64,000 nucleotides of DNA from Akkermansia muciniphila (GTDB lineage Bacteria; Verrucomicrobiota; Verrucomicrobiia; Limisphaerales; UBA11320), in NCBI GenBank assembly GCA_945861575.1, contig CAMAVD010000004.1, positions 3,532 through 67,531 of the forward strand. Reading direction: 5' to 3'. Shown here one piece after another: positions 56,106 to 64,000 of the stretch; the stretch's first letter is position 1, and every line of letters starts with the position of its first letter. Below the pieces are notes generated by a model that worked only from the letters and a program-made list of their open reading frames with translations, made no database searches and was not told the DNA's origin. The position numbers were made by a program, and so were the translations under genes.

Positions 56106-56756
56106 TCATTCCACACCTCGGAGAAACATCCAGAGGTAGCCCAAGCCTTCCGTGGTTATCGCCTTTATCCCCTCGCTGCTCGTCCACCAGCGGTTCAGAT
56201 CGAATGCGGCGTCGGGGTGGGCGATCACGCCCACAGGGAAACGGCCGTTCGAGACCGCCTTGAAGGTCATCCAGGTTCGACGGGAGTGTACGCCAATCGT
56301 ATAGACGTTGATCCCCTTTGCCAGCGGGTCGTGGGTTTCGAGCCAGGCGGCGACCGCCTTGGCATGTGCCAATGACCGGCCGCGCAACACGAGCGGGCCG
56401 GGAGCCCTGACGATGCTGTTGCTCGACATGCCGACCTTGATGAGCGTTTCCGCCGCCAGGTCCGCACTTGTCTTCCGGTCTGAGAGATAGTAGCCGCTGA
56501 GAAGGGGGCTGCCCGCGGTGATCACGTAGCGATATTTGCCTCGGTGAAACTCCTCGACCGCATCCTTGAGGGCATAGTCCGGCAGCCACCCCTCCACCAC
56601 CAGCACATCCGCCTCGACACGGACGGTGGGGCTTAGGAAAGAGCCACTGCCGAAGAGGAGTAAGAGGAGTACCGCGCTCAGGGTTGCGAGCACCACGCAC
56701 CAACCCTGGACTGTTAAACACCATGCCGGACGTTTGCTGAGGAGTCGGATTGGCAT
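56106..56756 (-). CDS. YdcF/DUF218 (ElyC/SanA-like) family protein
   Basis: N-terminal TM, LVVEGW, HSRR, W...SEG. Confidence 0.8.
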   Translation of the reverse strand: MPIRLLSKRPAWCLTVQGWCVVLATLSAVLLLLLFGSGSFLSPTVRVEADVLVVEGWLPDYALKDAVEEFHRGKYRYVITAGSPLLSGYYLSDRKTSADLAAETLIKVGMSSNSIVRAPGPLVLRGRSLAHAKAVAAWLETHDPLAKGINVYTIGVHSRRTWMTFKAVSNGRFPVGVIAHPDAAFDLNRWWTSSEGIKAITTEGLGYLWMFLRGVE

Positions 56757-56807
56757 TGTTAAGGGGATCGCCTAAGCATGGGGCCGACTTAGTTGCGGTC
56801 CGAACGA

Positions 56808-58184
56808 TCAGCCCTGTTTGCTGACCTGGTTGAACGATTCTGCCAAACGGCCGGCAAGGCTGGAGAACTCGAATGACTTGAGGAGTTCCAGGTTGGGAGA
56901 GTAAGGAATCGCCTCAGCCTTGTGGCTCTTCCACAGAGCTAGGATCGCCGTTTTTATCTGGTCGATATTGTCTAGATCGACAACCGGCCCCAGGGTCAGT
57001 CGTTCGGCGACCGCAGCAGTCGAGCCGGGTTCTGAAAGCGTGAGCACCGGTTTCCCGGCGGCAGCGTAGTCATAGAGTTTGCCCGAGATCCCATAGACGA
57101 AGGCCCCTTCCTTCGGTACGCGGCCGATGATGAGCAGCAGCACGTTTGACTGGATCATGTAATCCAGGCTTTCTTTGCGGGAAACGTAACCTGCGATGTT
57201 CACCATGTCCCGACAGTTGAACATGTCAAGGTACTGCTCGATAGTGTGGCCGTCATTGAAAGGCGTATTCTTGCCCACGAAGACTGCCTTCACACCGGCT
57301 CGCAACGCGGGGTTTTCTTTCGCTATCTCGCCCAAAGCCTGAAGGAACTCCCGAGGTGACCTTTCTTCACCGAGAGTGCCCGCGTGGAGCATCGTCATCA
57401 CAGGCGTCTTGGGAGCGGGTCCAAGGACCACATCGCTTGAGAAGTCCGATCGGTCGAAGCCGTTGGTGATGGTGACGTATTTGTTCGGGATCGAAGGATA
57501 GCGCTTTTCAAAATCCGCTTTGATGCCATCTGTAGTGCACACCACGCATTTTGCAATACGGATGCAGGTCTTTTCAAACAGACGATTCCAACCCCCAATC
57601 CAAAAGCCCAGTTCTGGAGCCGCTGGATTGCCGACCCACGCATCGCGAAAGTCCATCACCAGAGGGAGGCCCGTCAGCAGGGACAGCATGGCCCCCGCCA
57701 TATGATTGGTGTGGGTAGGCCCAGAGGAGTAGAGGACTTTGCACTGATGTCGCTTCGCGGCTCGGTAGCCCATGATGACTGCGAAGGGTAGCCATAAGAT
57801 ACGCGCATCCGGAATGCGGGTAGCTTTACCCACCGTACGGAACGCCCAGAGGAGCATGCGACGGAGTGCCGAGGGTCTCTTGGGTGCCGTAGCCGTGGTT
57901 GTCTTGGGTGCGCCTGCGGTGGCTTGTGGCGGGGCAGAGTGGGCAGAGTTGCCGTGGAACAAGGACTCAAGGGTCCGTGCACGGTAAACAACGAGATCTG
58001 GAGGTAGCTCAGCGAAGAGTGACTTGTCTTCGGAGCACTTCGTCGGGCTGCACTCGACGGTTAAAATGACAGTGGACCAATCGTTCTGGGGCAGGTATCG
58101 GATGAACTTTATGGACCTCTTCGTTCCCCGCGCGCCTTCAGGCGGGAAGTCGTAGATCACGAACAGCACAGAATTTTTGCTCAT
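56808..58184 (-). CDS. Glycosyltransferase (GT4-like)
   Basis: YDFPP, DFRDAW, ITNGFD, SGKLYDY. Confidence 0.9.
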   Translation of the reverse strand: MSKNSVLFVIYDFPPEGARGTKRSIKFIRYLPQNDWSTVILTVECSPTKCSEDKSLFAELPPDLVVYRARTLESLFHGNSAHSAPPQATAGAPKTTTATAPKRPSALRRMLLWAFRTVGKATRIPDARILWLPFAVIMGYRAAKRHQCKVLYSSGPTHTNHMAGAMLSLLTGLPLVMDFRDAWVGNPAAPELGFWIGGWNRLFEKTCIRIAKCVVCTTDGIKADFEKRYPSIPNKYVTITNGFDRSDFSSDVVLGPAPKTPVMTMLHAGTLGEERSPREFLQALGEIAKENPALRAGVKAVFVGKNTPFNDGHTIEQYLDMFNCRDMVNIAGYVSRKESLDYMIQSNVLLLIIGRVPKEGAFVYGISGKLYDYAAAGKPVLTLSEPGSTAAVAERLTLGPVVDLDNIDQIKTAILALWKSHKAEAIPYSPNLELLKSFEFSSLAGRLAESFNQVSKQG

Positions 58185-58258
58185 GCGGGCGTATAGAGGA
58201 ACTCTGAGGGCAACTTCTGGGTTTTCGGTTGATGGTTCTGACTGGTTGCGGCCGTCCT

Positions 58259-59161
58259 TTAACAAAGCGCGGCCGCCGGAGCTTTGTCGTAGTCAGGGAA
58301 ATCAGCAAGCACTGGATCGAAGGTAACTACGGGCATGGACTTCTCCTTGATCAACTGCAGCACTGCCTTCAGGGAGTCAATTCCGGGCTGGTCGGCCACG
58401 AAACCGGCCGCTGTCCTCTTGGAAAAGCTAAAGCTGTGCATGAAGAGGATGATGTAGGGCACCTTCCCGTAGGCATCCAGCACGCACTCGCAGAGTCTGG
58501 GCGCTACCATGCTGTTCACATCGAGTTTTTGATACCGCTTCCAGAGACGGCGGGTCCACCAGGGAAACTCCTTCCCGAGCTTGGCGATCGGGATCGGGGC
58601 CACGGTCACCGGGATTTGCAGCACCCCGTCACCATCGAAGGGGTCGTTCGACATGGGGAATGGGAGGTGGCAGTTCTCGCGTCCGAAGAAGAACGAGCTG
58701 TCATAAAAAATCCCGTTCCTCTTGAGCGCGGTGAGCGTATCCCGATTGGCTCCATATCTTCCAGCGCGATGCGCGTGAGGTACCTGGCCGGTCCATCGCT
58801 TCAGCAGCGAGATACCCTCCCGAACAATGTCAATTTGTTCCGCCAGGGAATACTCATGCATGTTCAGCCTCGCACGATCATACATCCGGTCGGGATGGGT
58901 GTGGAGTTGAACGCTGTGCCCCTGGTTTAGAAGACCTTCGCAAAGCTTCTCGTAGGAGGCTTTTGGGAACTCCGCCGTGCCATAGACGTCGAGAAAGAAG
59001 ACACCGGGAACACCGTGGCGCTTTAGCGTGTCAGCGAGCCAGAGGGTGGCGTAGTTGTTTGGCTGGTCGCTCCCGAGTACATAACGCTCAAAGGCTTCGG
59101 GAATATGGCGTCCCTCGTTGCGAACTTCCGTATCGATCGTAATGATCACCTTGCTCTGCAT
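58259..59161 (-). CDS. Polysaccharide deacetylase family protein
   Basis: ITIDTE, QLHTHP, HRAG, YDSS, FMHS (CE4-like metal ligands). Confidence 0.85.
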   Translation of the reverse strand: MQSKVIITIDTEVRNEGRHIPEAFERYVLGSDQPNNYATLWLADTLKRHGVPGVFFLDVYGTAEFPKASYEKLCEGLLNQGHSVQLHTHPDRMYDRARLNMHEYSLAEQIDIVREGISLLKRWTGQVPHAHRAGRYGANRDTLTALKRNGIFYDSSFFFGRENCHLPFPMSNDPFDGDGVLQIPVTVAPIPIAKLGKEFPWWTRRLWKRYQKLDVNSMVAPRLCECVLDAYGKVPYIILFMHSFSFSKRTAAGFVADQPGIDSLKAVLQLIKEKSMPVVTFDPVLADFPDYDKAPAAALC

Positions 59162-59230
59162 ACTTCATCGATGCGCCGTCTTTGGCCGCCTACCCTTCCG
59201 CTGGGATATCGGCTTGTTGTGCAGTTCTGT

Positions 59231-60874
59231 TTAGGGGTTTCCAAAGCGAGCAATCCAACGCTGGCGGGCTGGAATGGTTCCATGTACCGGTGTGGTGTCC
59301 GTCGCTCCGGGCCCGAATGCCGGCCATGCCAAGCTTCCAAAGAATGCGGGCTTCTCCGTGAGGTAAAGAGACGGAGGAAGATCCCGGCTGGGGACGCGGG
59401 GGTCCCACTGGGTCGTTCGGGATACATAGTCGAAATTGCCATGAAACACCATCGTGTTGGTCACGCGGGTGTCGTAAGCTTCTTTCCACTCGCCGCCGCC
59501 CAGCGAGACCACCTGACCTTGGTCATTGGGCCGACAAAGGATGTTGCCAAGCACGTTGTGAGACAGTTGAGCGCGATCGATTTGAATGGCCCAGACCGAG
59601 TATTGGACGATTTTTGTGAGGCCTTGCGAATACCGTTCAACGTGATTCCGAAAGAGAGTGTTGTGACGGCTGGAGCCCCAATAATTGTCGAGAGTCAACT
59701 TTGCACAGACATTTCCCTCCACCAAGTTTTTGTGGGGATGCCCACCATGATGCTCAATGTCGGACATCAGATAATCTGTGTTCGGATACGCCTTGTCGAA
59801 AGCTCGATGCGAATAGTTGTAGGCGATCACATTGCCCGCTGCACCGTTTTGGATGACCACCGAGTGCCGCAGATAATACAAGATGTTGTCCTCAACCAGA
59901 CAGTCGGTGGATCTAGCGATGCCCACACCATACCCGCCCTGGCCGTAGGTTTTCGCGTGATGGAGGAAACTGTTGCGTAGCTCACAGCCGAAAGAAGTGT
60001 CCAGGCCGACATGCGTCCAGTTGGCGTTCGTGCTCTCGATCCCGCTAGCCCAGCAGTGCCGGGACTGGAACATCAACACTGTCGTGTCCCTTTTACCGCG
60101 CTGATCCAGATACATGTTTTCTATACCGCAGCGAGCGAGGAGGTACATGTTTTGAATCACAGGATTCATCGAAGCCTTGTATTTGCAAAACAAGGGTCGC
60201 TTCAGGGTGAGGCTGGTGGTGGTCTTCGCGATCACCTGATTGAACTGAGCCTGATACCGAGCGGCACCTCCAACGATTCCGCCCGGAATGTTGCCCTCCA
60301 TCACCTCAGGGTCATTGTCCTGCTCCACCTTCACATCATCCCCAATGTTGAAGGCAGCCGTGGAGGCCAGTGTGACTTTGGTTGAGCCTTCGTCATACCC
60401 GCCTAGCAGGGGCGTTTTGTTCCCTGAGTAACCTCGAAAATAAATACTGGCTCCGTCCGTCGTATTCGTGTCGGTCAGCAGCAGACGGGTGCTCGAGGCC
60501 CCCGCCCCTCGCAGCACGATACTCTTGTTCTCGATCTTGATCTGCTTGGAGACCAAATACGTGCCCGCCGGAAAGAAAACCGCTTTTCCGTTGGCGCATT
60601 TAGCAATGGCGTTGGTGATGGCCGAGTAATCGTCGGCGATGCCATTCCCCACCGCATTGTAGGGCGCGTTCTTCACGTTCACCCCTTCTGGATAGATCGG
60701 GATACCTCCAGGCACCCCCGGTGACCACGCAGCGACTCTGTCCTCCGCAAGAACCGTATCGATTCCGGGAATGACCTTCAACCCTGTGGGGCCTGCAGGG
60801 GGCGTTGCCGCCCAGAGTTGCTGGCCCAAGTGGAGAATTGCGGCGACCAAAGGGCATACGACCTGTAGTTTCAT
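59231..60874 (-). CDS. Secreted right-handed beta-helix (pectate-lyase-3-like) protein
   Basis: Signal peptide, NVKNAPYNAVGNG..DD..AI..AI, FFPAGTY, LRGAG, Asn-ladder repeats. Confidence 0.85.
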   Translation of the reverse strand: MKLQVVCPLVAAILHLGQQLWAATPPAGPTGLKVIPGIDTVLAEDRVAAWSPGVPGGIPIYPEGVNVKNAPYNAVGNGIADDYSAITNAIAKCANGKAVFFPAGTYLVSKQIKIENKSIVLRGAGASSTRLLLTDTNTTDGASIYFRGYSGNKTPLLGGYDEGSTKVTLASTAAFNIGDDVKVEQDNDPEVMEGNIPGGIVGGAARYQAQFNQVIAKTTTSLTLKRPLFCKYKASMNPVIQNMYLLARCGIENMYLDQRGKRDTTVLMFQSRHCWASGIESTNANWTHVGLDTSFGCELRNSFLHHAKTYGQGGYGVGIARSTDCLVEDNILYYLRHSVVIQNGAAGNVIAYNYSHRAFDKAYPNTDYLMSDIEHHGGHPHKNLVEGNVCAKLTLDNYWGSSRHNTLFRNHVERYSQGLTKIVQYSVWAIQIDRAQLSHNVLGNILCRPNDQGQVVSLGGGEWKEAYDTRVTNTMVFHGNFDYVSRTTQWDPRVPSRDLPPSLYLTEKPAFFGSLAWPAFGPGATDTTPVHGTIPARQRWIARFGNP

Positions 60875-60919
60875 GCAATGATCATCTAGCAATATTCAGG
60901 CCATTGGATTTGGGCAATG

Positions 60920-63055
60920 CTAAATTGGGAGATTCTCATTGGCCTTGGGAGTGAGCTCCTCCCAAAGTGTGCTGGCCGAAGGGGGCATTGCTCCCGTTTC
61001 GCGAGGGCAAAGAACGAAGGTCTGTTCGTAGGGCAGTGTGACCGTGCCTGAAAAGCGGAGCACCTGGATCGATTCCTTCTGAGCATAGGACCTGGAGGCC
61101 CAGCCCTCCTCAATTACAGCCGTCAGGGCTGACTTTGGGGGCCCTGCGAGGATCAGATTGGCCCCTGAGTTGAAGCGAGTCGCAAAAACGCCCATGCCAC
61201 AGTCGGCAATGTCCACTTTCGGGGCGAAGTGAAACCGGGTTTCGATGAGGTATTCTCCCGTCCCTTCCACTCGATCACGAATCACCCAGACCCCTTCATG
61301 CTTCAGAAAAACGAAACGACGCCGGTGAATGGCCTGTTTGCCCTCTCCCAAGAAAATCGGATACTCTCCTTCAAGAATGTCGGCCTCCGTTTGCGTTTTC
61401 CACTCCCGGACGGTGGGTTTGGACAGGGAATCAATCTCGAAGAGCTCATGAGCTGGGAACGAGTTTTGCTCCTTTCCCGCGAGCATCAGGGTGTTGTGGC
61501 ATGCGGTGCCCCGCATGCGATTGCGCCACTCGCGGCTGCGGCTGTAGACATAGGAACCTGGGTCGATGAGGAAGGGGCGGCCATAGGCCTCCAGCTCAAA
61601 ACTTAGGAAATCATTGTGGGTATGCCCGCAATAACCGCTCATTCCCTTTGGGCAGCAGATGGCAAGCACTGCAAGGGAGTCCTTCCGCATCACTGCAAAC
61701 CCACTGTTTTGAAAAAGCCGACTCGGCGGAAGCCGTTCGGCCAAGCCTGGGTGGTCCGCTGTGCGGGTGCTGGCTTTGGGACCCAATAGCCACAGACAGT
61801 CCTCATGGGGTTGAGCCGGCAGAAACTGTGGCTCGCCGAAGAGCTTGGCTCCGAGTTCCATGAGATGGTCATGCCGGGTCAGCTCGTCGTCTCCCAGGAT
61901 GCAGAGCCTGCCATTGTCGACATCCCGGACTGCTGGAATCTCTCCGCTGGGCATCCGGTAGTGCCGCATCCAGTCGAGCATCCGTTTCATCTTTGTCCGG
62001 AGTGGTGGGGGAGTTGAAACCCCTTGTCTTTCAAGAAGAATATGGGTCGACAGCACCAGCTCCAGAACCAGGCGATGGTAGTTGGGTGAATACTCCCAGT
62101 TAACGCCCTCCTCATCCACCTGTGATTCCACCTCCCGAAAAAATTCTCGTGTGGCAAATGCCTGCCATTCTGAGGAGAAACGGCATTCAGGGAAGGCGGC
62201 GCTGATGAAAAGAAGTCCAACGAGATTCGACAGGTAATGATTGCCATTGATGGGCAGCAGCGCGTTTCCCACAACACGCTCGTCATACTCTCGGTGGTGA
62301 AAGATGTAAGCGCCATGACAGAGCAGGCTTGAAACGAAGGTCTCGCGGATTTCGCCGCGAAAAGCGCGGCTGGAGCTGACCAGGGAAGCGGCCCAGAGAA
62401 GATTCACCGCACGAATCGCGACCTCCATGGCGCAGGTCCAATTGGGTCCGTCGCACGCTCCGTTCGCTCACTGCCACTCGGTAAACAGGGCTACAAATTT
62501 TTCTGCGTAGCGCTCATCCCCTGTGATGGCAAACGCTCGACCGAGGGTGACGCCCTGGTGAAACCGGGAGAGCTCCCAAACAAATTTTATGTCAGGCCCG
62601 TGGTCCGAAGGCCCGCCAGGCGATGGGATGGGCTTGCCCGACGACCATTCCGCTCCGCTGAGATAGTCTTTGTGCCAGTGGATTCTTTCCCCAAGGGAAA
62701 GCGCATGCCCTAGAATCCGAAACTGATTCCTAAGAATAGCCTCAGCATCCGCAATGCACCGATCTCGCCAAGCGGGAAACTCAGCTCCGATCAGGGCACC
62801 CACCTGGTCCCGTTGGGTGGGTGAAATAGGAAAGCCCTCGAGCGTTGAAAATTTGGTTTCCAGCAGGGAGGTAAGATCCACCCCCGGGGCTATCACGGAG
62901 GCGAGATCGTTGCGGAGGCACTCGATTTTTCGGAAGGCGAGCGCGTTCTGACGTCGATGATTCCAACGCCGCGTCACCCGCAGCATTACGAGCCGTCCGG
63001 CCTGCGCGAACGAGAGCACACGTAGATCGGACCAGATGCGCTTGAGAGCTCTCAT
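60920..63055 (-). pseudogene. Heparinase II/III family protein interrupted by one in-frame TGA (62468-62470)
   Basis: DIKFVWELSRFH...EWQ*ANGACDGPNWTCAMEVAIRAVN...NHY...GHTHNDFLSF...DPGSYVY...HNT in one continuous frame. Confidence 0.85.
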
Positions 63056-63157
63056 GGCGATGGCTTGTTCACGAAGAAAACGCGCTGTGCTCTGACGGTT
63101 CGGTCGGATTCTAGGCGAATTCGCAGACGTGGACAGAGCTTCTGTCGCTTACGCCCC

Positions 63158-64000
63158 TCAAGCCACCTTCTGATAGGCCACGATAAAGCGCTCTGCGTTG
63201 TGTCGCCAGGTGCATCGGTCCAGGCAGGTCTGTCGTGCAGCCTTGCCGTAGCGTTCCCTAGCCGCCGGGTCGGCGGCGAGTTGGCAGACCGCTTTTTCGA
63301 TGCCCTTCACGTCCGTCGGTTGTGTGAGCAGTGCGTTGGACTCGTTCTGAAGCAGTTCGGCGATCTGGCCCACGCCGCTCGCCACGATGGGCTTGCCCAT
63401 CGCCATGTATTCGAAAATTTTCACGGGCGACCCAAAGAAGGTTCCCCCATCCGCCATGTGAACATGGGGAGAGACCAGCACATCACACGCAGTGTAATAG
63501 GTCGGCATTTCTGAGTGAGGGATATTCGTGGCAAATGTGATGGAGCCCAAAGACGGATCGGTTCCTACGATCTTGGTCACCAGATCCACCAGGCCCTGAT
63601 CGCCAATGAACAGAAATTGAACCTCCTTGTGCTGGCGCGCGATGGCGGGCACAGCTTGAGCAAGGTATTCAACTCCGTGCCAAGGCCGGTAAACCCCCGC
63701 GAACCCAACAACGGTCTTCCCATCCAGCTTCAGACGTTGGCGGATCGGGGCTGGATCCAAATCGGGATGGAAGACATCGGCGTCCGCCCCATTCGGGTTC
63801 ACCACCACGATGTCCGCATTCACCCCTCGTTCAACGAGCTTCTGCTTCAGCACATCGGACACAACCATGATGCGGTCCGCCGCCTTGACGTTGAGATATT
63901 CTATGAAGCGGCTCACAAGGCTGATCAAAAGAGAGTGACGATCCTTGGCCGATGCCTTCCAGCTTGCCGGACTGTTGTACTCCAGCATGAAAGGGATGCC
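63158..64000 (-). CDS. Glycosyltransferase family 4, 5'-truncated by window edge
   Basis: VNPNG, WHGVE, SPVKIFEYMAMGKPIVAS; frame open to window end. Confidence 0.92.
   Translation of the reverse strand, partial: GIPFMLEYNSPASWKASAKDRHSLLISLVSRFIEYLNVKAADRIMVVSDVLKQKLVERGVNADIVVVNPNGADADVFHPDLDPAPIRQRLKLDGKTVVGFAGVYRPWHGVEYLAQAVPAIARQHKEVQFLFIGDQGLVDLVTKIVGTDPSLGSITFATNIPHSEMPTYYTACDVLVSPHVHMADGGTFFGSPVKIFEYMAMGKPIVASGVGQIAELLQNESNALLTQPTDVKGIEKAVCQLAADPAARERYGKAARQTCLDRCTWRHNAERFIVAYQKVA

Noticed and set aside
62468-62470. Selenocysteine or alternative genetic code explanation for the TGA
   Set aside because: TGA terminates many bona fide genes in the window; no convincing SECIS hairpin and no redox motif context
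1-64000. CRISPR array, IS/transposase, integrase, prophage, rRNA
   Set aside because: No regularly spaced repeats, DDE or recombinase motifs, phage genes or rRNA signatures seen

Overview
GC-rich bacterial chromosome segment, most likely Verrucomicrobiota (PVC superphylum). This is inferred from the DUF1501/DUF1549-DUF1553 pairs, the folP-cdaA-cdaR-glmM operon and typical hypothetical families. Left to right: (1) two DUF1553+DUF1501 pairs flanking sdhCAB and an ABC-F ATPase; (2) a ~10.4-kb accessory block (15.1-25.5 kb) with a TIM-LamG-PQQ-cytochrome c fusion, a double hydrolase, EthD-ribokinase and several decayed or chimeric gene fragments; (3) core genes purC, folP-cdaA-cdaR-glmM, coaD-yceD-rpmF-plsX-fabH-hisI-trpE, ECF sigma/anti-sigma, rnhB, LysR, pyrD, rhomboid, CotH kinase, DUF4912, miaB and an MsbA-like exporter; (4) a minus-strand surface-polysaccharide cluster running off the right end. 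No rRNA, intact tRNA, CRISPR array, integrase or transposase was seen. Most notable observations: a recurring bipartite motif TTTGTGCTGA-N16/17-CGTY upstream of three genes (candidate ECF-type promoter), repeated leaderless promoter architecture, an in-frame TGA in a heparinase II/III-like gene, a 7-bp duplication frameshift, and a 9-bp-periodic palindrome in the polysaccharide cluster. All family assignments are by motif recognition, without database searches.
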